From contig QPGO01000049.1 of assembly GCA_008632985.1 (NCBI GenBank), positions 62,001 through 126,000 of the forward strand: a stretch of 64,000 nucleotides of DNA. Reading direction: 5' to 3'. The notes beneath the pieces were generated by a model that worked only from the letters and a program-made list of their open reading frames with translations, was not told the DNA's origin and made no database searches. Positions 13,330 to 25,852 of the stretch are shown piece by piece; within the stretch, counting starts at the first letter, position 1, and every line of letters starts with the position of its first letter. This DNA comes from Psammoneis japonica (lineage: Eukaryota). The translations under genes and the position numbers were made by a program.

Positions 13330-13743
13330 ATGTTTCTCTCGGTTGGCAGACACGTGTTGGTGCGCGCCCGGATGAATCTTTCAAAGCAATTTGTGGTTGC
13401 GCCTCCGCCGCCTCCGCAGCGGCTGTCTTTGCCATGCCGTCGTTGGTTTGCTGCCGCCATGCCCGATAATATTCTAAACAAACGGCTCGACAAGTTTCAA
13501 GATTTGTTTGTGGAAGCTCGACTTTGCATTGAGGATGTGGTCGAGTCGGCTGATTCGACCTACTTTGATGAGGACGCACAAGCCGCCAAGGAGGCTGTCA
13601 AGGAAGCGGTGGATGAATTTCAGGATCTTTTGAAGGACATTCAAGATGAAGAACAGAAGAATCGTGTCTTACGATCCAACGGGCTAAAGGTGGAACAGCT
13701 AAAGGGAGAGCTGGAAATGGCCATCAATGGAGGTCATCATTAG
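13330..13743 (+). CDS. Small conserved helical protein, probably mitochondrion-targeted
   Basis: Arg-rich presequence-like N-terminus. Acidic helical core FVEARLCIED...STYFDED...GLKVEQLKGEL resembles plant 'embryogenesis-like' proteins (from recall). Confidence 0.65.
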   Translation: MFLSVGRHVLVRARMNLSKQFVVAPPPPPQRLSLPCRRWFAAAMPDNILNKRLDKFQDLFVEARLCIEDVVESADSTYFDEDAQAAKEAVKEAVDEFQDLLKDIQDEEQKNRVLRSNGLKVEQLKGELEMAINGGHH

Positions 13744-14424
13744 AGGTGTCAACTAGACAGAAGACTTTGTCTTTGATTAATAATCTGTATTCAGTTTATC
13801 TCGGTTGTGGACGACGAGGATGAAGCATAGTGCGACTGTATTTGAGTGTGCAGCTGGAGGTGGACTTTAGAACAAAGCGCGAATGATTCAAGAATCGTTG
13901 TTGCCATCGGCAGCATTTAGACTGTGTCTTGAATGTAAGTCCCACAATAGAGGTGGATGTGATAGAGAAGAAATTAAAAGGCAGGAAACAGGAAAGCAAT
14001 GTGCAATCAATCAATCACCCAGCATGCACGCGTACGCAATAGCACATGAACGTAATCGCAATCGAATCATCATCGATCGATCGCTCGATCATCGATCGCT
14101 CGAAAATACGACAACAGAAAGCATGGTGGCCTGAGGCTGATAAAAGTTGAAGTTGGGGTGACACGTGACACTTGCCCGAGAAAAATGAGGGTCGCTTGAC
14201 TTACTTCGATGATAGATGACAGAACAGAAGTACTAAACAGATACCCGTATGGTTCGATGTCGTCGTGAAGGAGAGTAAAAGGCAGTTTCTTCCCATGTTG
14301 ATCATAGAAGGATAAATATTTTTGATCTGAGTAGAAAATTCTTGGCACTACCAACCGTTGGTTCTGAAACCTGAAACGAAGTTGTTCGTTGTTCTGGCAT
14401 AAGGGGTTTGCACGAGAATTCAAC

Positions 14425-17027
14425 ATGACCGAAGTTTCCCTCCCCTTACCGAATCTGAATGTGTGCATCATTATTGTTGGGACGCATGGTGATGTCCTTC
14501 CATTCGTAAGCCTTGCAAAGAGGCTTATTGAATTAGGGCACCGTGTTCGGATCGCATCCCATGAAGCGCATCGCAAAGTGGTTGTCAAGGACGGCGGTAT
14601 CGAATTCTACCCTCTGGCCGGCGATCCAAAGCAGCTGTCCGCGTGGATGGTTACGACCGGCGGAACAATCATGGGCGAGGCGATGAATCCACAACTCATA
14701 CCTCAGAAGACAGCCATGGTGTCGGACATTATCAGATCTTGCTGGCCTGCCGTTACAGCACCTGATCCAAAAGATCCAGACAACAAGCCGTTTGTCGCTG
14801 ACGCCGTTATTGCAAACCCACCAGCAATGGGTCACAGTAAGTCACCGCACCATGTACGCAAATTTCTTGATTTTGTATGCCGCTTTCTCACTAGCAATAT
14901 ATTTATTTCATATTATACTAAAAATTTGCAGTTCATGTGTGCGAAGCGCTCAGAATTCCGTTGCACATTATGTTCCCACAACCATGGTGAGTCAGATCAA
15001 CATTTTGCGTGGGAGTACAGTTAATAAGATGACCTGGCTCACGTGGGTCGTTTTTTCTCAATTTATCCCAGGTACTACGGAACAACCGAATTTCCGCATC
15101 CAAGTAAGCCTTTTCGAGCCAGGATAAGTGTATTGAATATAATCTCTCTCACCTCGTATTTTGTCATGCTACACCAGTGTCTGGATTGAGCTATGAACTT
15201 GAGGAAAATAAAGGTAGCTCAAGGAAATTTCTTTTCAGCAGGGTCAACTCTGGTGATCGTACTGAGAGCTCAAGAGCCAGAGCAACAATGAAGGAGACCG
15301 CCAACTTTCGCTCGTACGCTGATTTTGAGGCCATTACCTGGACGACGTTTGGTCCTAAAATCAACGACTGGAGGTTTCAAGTTCTGAGGCTACCAAAGGT
15401 CCGAGTTGGTTCCGGAATATCGCAGGCTATTTCTCGTTCCTCGGTGCCGTTTAGCGCCATGTGGTCGCCAAGCTTTTTCCCGAAACCACAAGACTGGCCT
15501 GATCAGTGCCGGGTGGTGGGGACATTTACGCAACAACAAAAGAACAAGGAACCTCAGGTATTTGATCCCGTCCCGGTACCAGAATTGATTAAGTGGATGA
15601 ACTCCAGTGATGGTGCAGAACCCCCAATCTTTGTTGGATTTGGATCCATGGTCATTGAGAATCCCGAAGAGCTGGCCACCATGATTCAGGATGCGGCACG
15701 CGAAGCTAATTGTCGCGTTGTGGTTCAGAGTAGCTGGAGTAAGATTGAAGTCGATGGCGACGATTCTCTCGTTTACAACGTTGGACCGTGTCCACATGAT
15801 TGGCTTTTACCAATGATGAGGGCGGTCGTACACCACGGCGGGGCAGGAACGACTGCCGCCGGACTTCGCTATGGCAAGCCAACCTTTGTATGCCCTTTCT
15901 TCGCCGACCAACATTTATGGGGTGAAATGGTTTATCGAGCTGGTGTAGGGCCGTCTCCGTGCCCCGTTAGTAAGCTCACAACGGAGATACTCGTTCGCAA
16001 ATTCAAGAAGCTTGGAGATCCAGAGATCAAGCTGGACGCAGAAGAACTTGCGATCGAAATGTCAAAGGAAGATGGAGTGACTGGTGGTCTTGAGCACTTT
16101 CTGGAAGGACTTCCAAGAGACCACATGCTTTGTGATGTGGGCCTGCTTCTCGGTGAAGTGTGTCATGCTAAATTTCGACTTGGTAGCAGGCACATCAAGA
16201 TAGGAATTGAGGTGACCGCACTTCTCAAATCGATGAAGGTGGAGCCATTGCGTTCTCCAAAGTGTCGCTTCAGGGTGGGACAATTAATCAAGAAAACTCC
16301 AGAGTGGTTTGTCTCAAGGTACAAGTCAATTCACTACGGTTCATTTGGCCAAGAAGAGGGACACCCTGTGACAACCTATTCGTTGGGTCACGTGGATACA
16401 TGGTCTCAAGGACTCACATCAGGTTGTGGATTGTGCTTCACAACTGTGCTTTTCTCTCCCTGTGAGCTGTGGAACGTTACCGACAAGTACTCTCGCACGC
16501 ATGGCGCCGCGGGGTGTTTTATTGGATTGATTATTTCGCCAATTTTCGTTGTTCTCGCCATTATCAATGGTATGCTTCGTCTGGTCGATCGCGTCGCGAC
16601 TGGAATCTACAACAGTTGGATAGGCGAGGCGCCTCGTCTCTATTGCCTTGACGCGTCCATTGTCGCTCCTGTAAACGAGGCTGGGGTCCCCAGGCAACAA
16701 ATGGAGGCACTCGCAAAGAAGGGCTTGGAGCCCGAAAGACAAGAGCAGCTCTTCAGGGCGTTGGATATGGTTATCATCGCGAGGGACATTTTTGACGAGT
16801 CAAGCCCTCGGTTTCCCGATGAGCACTATCATTACCATGTTGTTAAGGTTAAGAGGCTTATAGCCTCATTGAAAGTATTGGGCAAAAGCCTAAAGCTTTC
16901 CGAGGAAGAGTCTGGGAGATTGAGAAAGTCGTTGGAAGATTTGACATGCAACACGATGAGTTTCAGCATTTTTGTCTTTCTTCTTCGCGATGCGATTGCT
17001 GAGCGGTATCTGGCCAATGATGTGTGA
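14425..17027 (+). CDS. Sterol 3-beta-glucosyltransferase-like (GT1, UGT80/Ugt51 type), about 4 exons
   Basis: [32 protein letters not shown]...[14 protein letters not shown]...PFFADQ (PSPG-like box). GT-AG introns at about 14838-14931, 14987-15072 and 15104-15177. Confidence 0.85.
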
Positions 17028-17878
17028 AGTGTGTACGGTATGACTAGTAGTGGGCATAAGTGGCACGTGGCACTAAGTTTAATGTTTCTGTGTGTGTACT
17101 TGTATTTTCCCAGTCTATGATGTCTAATGAAAATACGGTTTTCTCTTTCTCACAAAATCCTTATCCCCTCCGCAACAACGATAGTTCCTCCACTTTGAAG
17201 CATACCATAACATTATTCATCTTGTTTCAGTTTCATTGTGAACTGATATTGCGACATTAAAACATAGTCATATGCGCTTGGGCAATAGCTGCATTTGCTC
17301 GAGTGGCTGGGTCTTGATAGTTTCCGGGTACGCCGGGCTGGTGCCGTGTGTTGTCATGCGCTCTTGCTTCTTTTGTCTCGCGTGGCGCATGATGGATTTT
17401 CTGCCGTGGTGATTTTTTGACCGTCACCGTTGCTTGATGCCCAGTCGTTGAATCTTTGCCATTCCTTTCCCTATCCTGAGATTTTTTTGCTCGTGGTAGG
17501 CTCGAATTGACTAATCCCATATTCTGAAAGACACACTCAGTGTATCAAGCTTCTCTCGATATTGAATTGAGTCGCTATTATGGTAGCTTCAATTTTTGCC
17601 TTCAATAAGGTTGTGTTTGCGTTTGCCGGGTTTGCTTCATTTGCATTCAAGGTCGCGATGTCGGCCGTTAGCGAGTTCGGATTGCGCAGAGCGCGGAGTA
17701 TCGCGTGAATGAATCTTGTCTGAGTCGTGTATGCCCGCCTACAACATACTAAAGGTATCTGAGGACGAATATCATATGAATATCGTAATCGAGAATCAGT
17801 CACGCGTCGTTTTTCGTGTTACCGATCACCACGAAAAGCTCGCAGGAATACAGCAATGTTTGCCCTACCGGTACCGAG

Positions 17879-19207
17879 CTAGGACTCCAGCTTTACTTCA
17901 TTGATTATTTTGCTGATCCGATTGAATATCTCTCTTGCAGTTGGTCGCCTTTTAGCTTTGTATCGCAAACAAGCTAGAATGATGCGCCACATGGACATCA
18001 CTGTCGGATCATCACTCTCCCTCAATCTCTTAGAGAGCGTCGGCAGTGTCCATTGTGCCTTTATTTTCGGATTCCCTTCGTCGTCCATATCATCGCTGTC
18101 GTTATAGATGAAAGGCTTACCGCCATTCAACAAATAGAAAAGCATGCCTCCCAGGTGATAGACATCTGAAGCCTCCGTGAGGACTTCACCAAAAGTTTCC
18201 TCCGGTGATGAAAACTTGTCCCGTTGCCTAGCTCGTAGCTCGTTCTCGCGTTTGTGGCCACACGTCCTGTTACTTGCGGTATCCCATCCGAGAAAGAATC
18301 CCAAGTTGAAGTCACTGATTTTCAGTGTCTTTCGGTCCTGGCTAAACATCACGTTGCCTCGTCTCAAGTCCCCGTGAACAATCTTAGGAAAACCGCCGCC
18401 AATCTCGTGCAAATCCGCCATGCCTCCAGCAATGTCTCTGGAATATCGTAACTTTTCGGATAATGTGAGCTGCTCCTTTACCCTGTGTGCAACGCCGATT
18501 TCATTTATAACCGACACTCCACAGAACCCAAAAATATCAATGACATATCTGGATGCTGAAAGCCGCTCTGACGCAATGGAATCGACGGTCTGGAAATGGT
18601 AGGTCAAGTGCGAGAACACGCCGTCGACCTTTAGGGTCTTTAGAACCACGGCGTTTTCGTTTTCGATAACCTTCCAGGCATCTCTGGATTTTCCAGATCC
18701 AAGAAACTCCATAGACACTCTTTCATTTCCATGAATACTTTCAGTATCATTATGTGGGGTACCAAGCTGAAAGCCCAACTCGTGAAACGAATTGCACGTT
18801 GGATAAAATCGAGGTACTGTAGCTACACAGTTTCCGTTTCTTCCTCTTAACGGGACGGCTCCATCAGTTATATTCACAGGCGTTGAATATCTATGCCTCG
18901 TATATCTAGCACTCAACCACATGTCCTCTTCCAGAACTCGTGGTTGGGACGGCCGTACATTTGACTTTCCGTCAAGAAAGACTGTTTGAGGTGTCTCGCG
19001 CACTTGCAATTTGCGAGGTAAGATGATAGAAGTTGAAGTAGTCTCCAAATCCAAGAACGATTGGTAGTTTATCAAAACTCCCGCCATTGCAAGAGCGACA
19101 CTAGGCAGCATGTATCGCGCGACAGCTTTGTACAAGCATACGTTCCGTCGTCTATTGTGGTGTTTTGCACGGGTAATGTCGTGTCTCGTTTTGAATGGGT
19201 TCAACAT
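17879..19207 (-). CDS. Signal-anchored atypical protein kinase (DFN-type)
   Basis: N-terminal TM segment; YPTCNSFHE, LGSGKSRDAW, VLKTL, HGDL, SDFN, SPEE and DVYHLG motifs. Confidence 0.8.
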   Translation of the reverse strand: MLNPFKTRHDITRAKHHNRRRNVCLYKAVARYMLPSVALAMAGVLINYQSFLDLETTSTSIILPRKLQVRETPQTVFLDGKSNVRPSQPRVLEEDMWLSARYTRHRYSTPVNITDGAVPLRGRNGNCVATVPRFYPTCNSFHELGFQLGTPHNDTESIHGNERVSMEFLGSGKSRDAWKVIENENAVVLKTLKVDGVFSHLTYHFQTVDSIASERLSASRYVIDIFGFCGVSVINEIGVAHRVKEQLTLSEKLRYSRDIAGGMADLHEIGGGFPKIVHGDLRRGNVMFSQDRKTLKISDFNLGFFLGWDTASNRTCGHKRENELRARQRDKFSSPEETFGEVLTEASDVYHLGGMLFYLLNGGKPFIYNDSDDMDDEGNPKIKAQWTLPTLSKRLRESDDPTVMSMWRIILACLRYKAKRRPTAREIFNRISKIINEVKLES

Positions 19208-19407
19208 TTCGGACGATCAAGTCTCCGAGAATAAGCGAAGAGAAAAGGATGAGGATTAAACAATCATTTCAGGATGTGATGTGCAACTGCAGGTGAAGAC
19301 GCAGGTTGAAGGTCCTTCGCTTTGTAAACTTGTTGGCTTCGGTTTATTGCTCTTCGCACGGGTTTTGTGAGAAAACGGAAAACGAAGGGTCATCGAGGAA
19401 TGACTTA

Positions 19408-20738
19408 GGCACGTTCCCACCCCGATAATTTCGGCCGTAAAATAAATATAATTTCGTTCTACACAAAATTCCTGTAGAAACTCTCGTACAAGAAAAATCG
19501 CACGTCTGTTTTCCATCCTTCAATTTACAGCCGTAATTATCAGCAAATTACGACGACAGGTGTCGGTCGTCGTAAATTCTCTCCCGTAAATATAATTTTC
19601 ACGGTAAATTCGGCGTTTTGGGAGCTCGAACGTGCCACGTCACAAGCTCCCCATTTTTCTTTCTCCGCTCCGATCGCACAACAACCATGATGGCTGCTGC
19701 GATGAACGGACCCGTTCATACACGAACGACCGTCCTGTCTACGAAGGTAAGAATATAGAGACAGGTTAATAATACTACGCTTGATGCGATCAAGTTGTCA
19801 GAATTATGATTTTTCGTTGTTGTTGTGGCTTATGACGACCGTGTCGACTAACAGCATTTTTGATGTCTTTGTTTCTCTTGTTCAGATTTCGCGTTGGGAT
19901 TCTTCACAAACCATAAGTCTACAGACTTGAGGCCGAATCTTCATAGCAACATATGATCTGATGTTACATTGAGGGGGTTCTTTGGTGCATGCTCGAGGTT
20001 GTTACTTGATGGACTGTCAAGAGTCAAGAATGCAAGAATTTTGGTCACGTCGACGACAACAGCAAGGCTTGTGCTCCGTTTTGATGGAACATGACTATGA
20101 AGAAGGCTGTGTGCACTCATTTCATTAATCTTGTCGTAAGTTTGGACAATGATGCTGGTGGGGGTCAATGTTTTGCACAACGTCGTTGGCTCCATTGTCT
20201 GCAGCCCTTCTGTTGCTCTTTGAAATGGATTTAGGCCATTGGCAAACCGCAAGAGTTAAGAACAGTGCCTTTTAGCACCTAACATTCTGTAGAAATTTCA
20301 TTTAATAGTTTTGCATGCTGTGGTCTTACTGCACGCCAATGTTTCGTGCTTTTTCATGCTCGCTCTGCAACTCTTGCTATCAACAGAGGATTGAATGTTG
20401 GTGTGTTTCTTCTGTCCTTCACTGGTGTTATCATTAGTCTTGGGTTACCGTAGAGCAATCGCAAAATGGACAACGATTGTCCCTGACAATGTTATGGTGA
20501 CTCTCTAGTCCTAATAGCTAGCAGCTCTCTAGAGCTAGCTACTACTAGCAGTAGAGAGTAGTAGTGTAAACAGTGCTGTAGCGTGGTACTGTAGCGTGTA
20601 GCGTCCTCACCGAGCTCGACATGAGATTTTGATCTTTTTTACCGATCGAATCCGTTCCCAGCCTGACGCCCGTAAATACGTAAATTTGGCCAAATTATAT
20701 TTATTTTACGGCCGAAATTATCAGGGTGGGAACGTGCC
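19408..20738. mobile_element. Non-autonomous PIF/Harbinger-like DNA element, 1331 bp
   Basis: ~47-bp TIRs GGCACGTTCCCACCC(C)..ATAATTTCGGCCGTAAAATAAATATAATTT at both ends; TTA target-site duplication at 19405-07 and 20739-41; no intact transposase seen. Confidence 0.8.
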
Positions 20739-20741
20739 TTA

Positions 20742-21359
20742 CTACGAATTGCAAGACAATTGCGCGATTCACGTGCCCGAAGGGTGATTGTTGAAATTCG
20801 AGCTTCGCGCACGTAGAGCCTGTAGAAAATGTACCAGCCAGCCCGAAGCTCCGATTTGCGTAGATCACGTAGGAGAGTACCACAAGGTCATTTGATGAAA
20901 TGATTTAGACGACCAAAATGAAAATTTTGATACCACATCATACGTAGAAATGACATCTGCGCGAAGGGAGAATGTTGCTTCGGGCAACGATACTACGAAT
21001 TGCTGAACAATTGTGCGATACACGCGCCCGAAGGGTGATTGTTGCTTCGGGCACGAAATTCGAGCTTCGCGCACGTAGAGACCGTAGAAAATATACCAGC
21101 ATTCGAGAATGTCCGATTTGTGTAGATCACGTAGCACAGTACCACAGAGGTCATTGATGAAATTACTTCAACGACTCATGCGACTACAATAAGATTTTCA
21201 ATACCATGTACTATGTAGAATGGACATCTGCGCGAAGGAAGAATGTTGCTTCGGGCAACGATATTCGACCTTCGGGCATGTGTATCGCGCAATTGTTTTG
21301 CAATTTGTAGTATTCCACCTTCGGGCACGTGAATCGCGCAATTGTCTTGCAATTTGTAG
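20742..21359. mobile_element. Tc1/mariner-like MITE with internal ~250-bp tandem duplication
   Basis: ~42-bp TIRs CTAC(G/A)AATTGCAAGACAATTGCGCGATTCACGTGCCCGAAGG; TA at 20740-41 and 21360-61; extra TIR-like copies at ~20993 and ~21268. Confidence 0.7.
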
Positions 21360-21719
21360 TACTTGTGACCAGTTTTGGTCATTCTTCAATGTCAGAATTT
21401 AGAAATTTTGGCTTTTAGGTGTCTGTGCTTCGCGTGATAAATGTCGAGCTCGCTCGCTCGCTAGAGCGCGCGCGCTATCTCGCCAACTGTAGCGCGCCCA
21501 GTTGGCAGTGCGTGCGCATGCAAAAACAGCCAACACGAACAACGACACTTTTTTGCCGTTGCAGATTGCTGAGACAGACAAAACACAACAAAACGTGGTG
21601 GGTTGATCCCTCCTTGCAATAAAATCCTCTTGATGGATGCAATTCACTTTGGTAGAGAAAGGACTGGAAAGGCATCGCTTTCTCGGTTGACAAATTCAAC
21701 TCCGTCGCTGCTTTTCGAG

Positions 21720-22643
21720 ATGATTCCACCGGACTTGCTTCGCTCCATACTTTCTAGTTTCAGTGACGGAAAGTCTCTGTCTACTTTTCTTTTTGCGGTC
21801 TCATCGTCCGACCTTTATCGAGATCAAGGAGTAAATTTGGTCGATGGAGCACTGCGAGATCGATTGGATCATCTGGGTAGCCAAGGAGTGGCTCGCGATG
21901 CGTTTCTGCTTTCCTTCACAAATGACAACTGGGAACGACCAGAACGAGATCACCTGGAGACATTACTCCAAAACATCCGGAGAATTTCGAATGGTTTCCT
22001 TGTAGTATCGTTCTTTGAAGAACACAAAGTATATGTGTTTAACATGAGTAGCGAGCTACGTCCAGAATACCCCGTGTGGTGTGGGACGCTTCGATTGCGC
22101 TTTTATGATGAATTGCACGCACGCCACGGGCATGTTCCTGAGGAGACCGCATGTGTGATGGTGACAACAACAAATTGGGAACACTCATTTGTGAGTGACT
22201 GGAGAGACTACATGGATGAGCCAAATGCTGTCTTCTCTCCAGATTCGAGACGATTTGTACCTGTTGCACCGTTCGGGCGTATTGTGGGCATGACACGGGA
22301 GGACCGCAAGCGTCTCGCTCGATTTTCGCGTTTAATCCATAATCTCAATCAAGTCGGATTACCACCTCCTACATTGACGCTTTTGCGAAGCAACAACGTG
22401 GGACGGTCTCTTAGTGAAATCAAAATCTTGAGCGCACGACAAGCCCGTTCACGTATCATCGACTATCCATTCCTTCCAAACTACAAAGAGCATCTCTCTT
22501 TATTCGGCAAGGCTAGTCTTGACAACAACGAACTCTTTGCTTTTTGGGCTGCTGATGATTGGGATCTCCCTTTTTTTGCTACAATTGATGATATAGTCCA
22601 GCTGATGAACAGAAAGCAAGAGTACGAATCTTTGTCAACGTAG
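21720..22643 (+). CDS. Hypothetical protein with F-box-like N-terminus
   Basis: Long ORF of normal composition; MIPPDLLRSILSSFSDGKSL resembles an F-box start. The start could instead be the upstream ATG near 21633. Confidence 0.55.
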   Translation: MIPPDLLRSILSSFSDGKSLSTFLFAVSSSDLYRDQGVNLVDGALRDRLDHLGSQGVARDAFLLSFTNDNWERPERDHLETLLQNIRRISNGFLVVSFFEEHKVYVFNMSSELRPEYPVWCGTLRLRFYDELHARHGHVPEETACVMVTTTNWEHSFVSDWRDYMDEPNAVFSPDSRRFVPVAPFGRIVGMTREDRKRLARFSRLIHNLNQVGLPPPTLTLLRSNNVGRSLSEIKILSARQARSRIIDYPFLPNYKEHLSLFGKASLDNNELFAFWAADDWDLPFFATIDDIVQLMNRKQEYESLST

Positions 22644-22787
22644 CAAGAGTGTTAGAGACCACGAGTATTTTGTTTCTACCAGCAAGAGAGGGAAGAATGA
22701 AAGCCTGAAACGGGTATGTACGGGAAAGAATAATCGACCGGCCTCGAGTGAGCCATCATAGTGTTGGTCAGCTTAGTTGGACGAATA

Positions 22788-24282
22788 CTAATGAATTTTA
22801 TTGAATCTAGCTTTTGTCGATTTCCTGGACACTAATGTTTGATTCAACTCTTTTTGGCTGTCATACTCTAGCTTCTTTGCCTCGTTCTCAAGATATGTTG
22901 CGACTTGTGACGACCGTGGTCTTTTTTCGGGATCTAGAACAAGACACATACGCATGGCAGTCCTAAGAGCAACCGAAACTCCATCCGTGCTTGTCTCAAG
23001 AGCTTTCGGAAGTTTAGGAACGTCCCCGGCCAAAATGAGCTTGGCAGCATCTGCTAAAGATACACCTTCATATTTGCGTTTGTTCGTCAAAAGCTGATAC
23101 AAGATGTTCCCCAATGCATACGTATCAGTATTCTCGTCAATCATTGTATATCCATCAACCTCTGTGCTTGCACCTATTTGCTCTTCCGGAGCTCGTTTCT
23201 TGAGACCCTAAAGAGAAACCAAAAGAAATAGGACTAAGAGAGGCAAAATGTATTGAGATTTCCATATTCGATGGAGGAAGGGGCCGCTTTCTTACCATTG
23301 AGCGTCGCAGCCGCTTTTGGCGTTTACAAAGCCTTTCTTCCTCCTTGTTCCATTTCAGTATTCCCGCACAGTTAAAGTCGTTCAACTGATACCTTCCATG
23401 CAGTTTGACAAATTGTTTGGTCTTGAGATCGTTGTGAACAAAAGGCGCACGTTGACCCCCTCCAAGCCTGTGAAAGTCTGCAAGACCCTTGGCTACATCG
23501 AGAGCCGCGTATAATCGTTCAACTCGATTCAGACTCACATAATTGTCATCTAGAGTTCCTTCATCGGACCATTCATACAGAGAAGAGGCACCACAGAAAC
23601 CAAATATGCTGGCAACATTTTGGGAAGAAGTCAACTTTTCTGAAATGATTGCATCCATGCCTTCTTCCCTGAATGTTGACTCGTTGAATTCAAACCGAAC
23701 TTTGAGCGCCCATCGTGTCTCATCCGATTCTTCCAAGCGTAAGACGAGACGACTCATCCCAGAAGCCGCCACATGGAATGAATTGTTTCTATGAATATAA
23801 GAAAAGCTGTTTTCATGCATTGTGTTGCAAGTTGGATACTGCTTCGTTTGCCAGTCGTACATGAGCGTACACTCCGGTTCCTCTGTCTCATTTCGAATGA
23901 TCCGTGCCGTTCTTTCATCTTTGAAATCGTCGTGTATGTTTGGGAACCATATATTGTGAAGATTTGTCACGTTTCCGTTCAAATCGACGATTATGGAACG
24001 AGGCTTGTTGCTTCTGTGTTTGTCCGCAGACGTTGGCTCGAGAATAGACAGGCGCCCGTAACTGACGTGATCTCGTAGAACGTTTATAAACAGCATGGCC
24101 TGGACAAGCACCAACATGGCTAGCACTTTGACATAAAACGATAGCTGGTACATAACTCGTAGTCGTGAGCGTGAGTTGCACGTGAGCGGCGAAATTTTCC
24201 GATGGTCTACTGTTGTTTCCTTGGCACGTTTTGCACAGAACGAATCGTCCCCAATCAAACGTTGTGAGTGCAAAGAAGCCAT
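22788..24282 (-). CDS. Signal-anchored atypical protein kinase (DFN-type), paralog of 17879-19207; 2 exons
   Basis: TM segment, YPTCNTMHE, FGFCG, HNDLKTKQF and NDFN. Intron 23295-23208 (GTAAGA...TTAG) joins to GLKKRAPEE...DTYALG...DPEKRP. Confidence 0.8.
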
Positions 24283-24852
24283 GGCCTCCAATTCTCTGAT
24301 TCGATGTTGCTCACACTTCCTTTCAGCTTTTTCTTTAGTACCATCAGACGATCACATTGTTGGACTTCTGACCGCTTGGCTCGCTCTTTCGGCCTTTTGA
24401 GTTTTGACGGCCGTCATTTGAAATTTTGTGATGTATCCATATTTGTATATTTTTTATGGGAAGCTTGGTTTCGATTGGTTTTGGATTGGGCGTTTGTGCT
24501 ATATCGCGCTCTCTCACAACTAACTTGACTCTTAGCTTAGAGGTTGTCAGCACCATTGTAGGTTCTAGGCCTCTCTAGCTAGAGTCTCTTGCTTGGTCAT
24601 CTGCTACCGTAGATAGAGTGATAAGGAGCTCAAAACAACAAGAGCATTGTCGCTTCTGTTATGACTCACTTGCCGGAGTGTTTTTGACAACATGTCGAGA
24701 GCTTTTTTCTCGTTTGTGTTCATGGTCAAGACAGTGGCGGAGTCTTTTCGTTTTGGAGATTCCCCGAACTTCAATCTTCTACAAGTACAAGTAAAGAAGG
24801 GTGTGAATCTAATGATGTATTAAACCAAAACCACTCTATCCAATGGATGTTT

Positions 24853-25590
24853 CTACGTTTGTTGCAAAAGTCGATAGCACCACTTTTCCTCCTCCGTCCC
24901 CGCCACCAAAACAAAGCACTCATCATGGTTGCATTGTCCAACACTCTCTACAGTTACAAATGCTTCGTCAGGATAAGGATTGCTTTCATCACACAAATTT
25001 TCGGATCCTCCACTCGGTGCAAGCGTGCCACCCGACTTGGTCACAATTTGAAACGGAGCGTCTTGTGCGGGAGCAGGCTTGTCGGCAACGGCTTGCGGGT
25101 CGTGTCGTATAATTTTGCAAAAGTAGGGTTCCCACGTCTTGTATTGATTGTAAATTCGAACACTAGCACCGTTTGTACCAACCACCAGCGTCTCCATGAC
25201 ATCCAACGGCACTGTTGGCCCCATCGTTTTGGCCCAATTCGGCCATTCTTCAAATTCCAAAATTTCATCCTCTTGTTTTTCCGAGGATGCATAGAGAGAT
25301 TGTGCAAACTCTTGTCCAATGGCATTGACAGAAGCATCGTCAAACCGATATTTTCCTCCATGAAGATTCAGAACTTGGTCCCCAATTGACGTTTTGGGGT
25401 GAGCATTATTCTTGTCGGCCGCAAGCTGCAAGCGCGCACTTTTGGATGGGGATTGTTGCAGAAACAGCACAAATCCATTGCTTCTACTCGTGAATGTAGA
25501 TACAGCTACAAGAAAAAGAAACACTCTGCAAAGGAGTCTCATGGAATTACTACGTGTATGATACATGGACCCTCTTGTCCATGGAAACAT
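24853..25590 (-). CDS. Hypothetical protein, likely plastid-targeted (bipartite presequence)
   Basis: Signal peptide ending SRSNG-F (ASAF-like) followed by a Ser-rich transit-like stretch; 245 aa. Confidence 0.6.
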   Translation of the reverse strand: MFPWTRGSMYHTRSNSMRLLCRVFLFLVAVSTFTSRSNGFVLFLQQSPSKSARLQLAADKNNAHPKTSIGDQVLNLHGGKYRFDDASVNAIGQEFAQSLYASSEKQEDEILEFEEWPNWAKTMGPTVPLDVMETLVVGTNGASVRIYNQYKTWEPYFCKIIRHDPQAVADKPAPAQDAPFQIVTKSGGTLAPSGGSENLCDESNPYPDEAFVTVESVGQCNHDECFVLVAGTEEEKWCYRLLQQT

Positions 25591-25852
25591 TCTCAGGCAA
25601 GTTTATTTGGAAGCGCTTGTTCGCGGAATTTTGTTCGGCGTTTTTCGTCGCTCCGTCGTTCGTTATCGTCTGCGTTGACGATTTTTTCAAAATTCGGCTC
25701 TTTCCCATACACCGCGTACGTACGCCGCAGTATGTTTTCTACGCAACGCACACCAACGACCGAAAATTTAGAAAACACGACACAACGATGGCAAACAACA
25801 AAAGAACATACCGTGTAGGTTGTATCTCTCTTCATAAAACAGCTTTAACACC

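Noticed and set aside
17257..17803. Two short minus-strand ORFs as a gene
   Set aside because: No recognisable motif or clear splice structure.
20742..21361. CRISPR-like array
   Set aside because: Repeats are both direct and inverted, with duplicated rather than unique spacers, no cas genes and a eukaryotic context. It fits a MITE.
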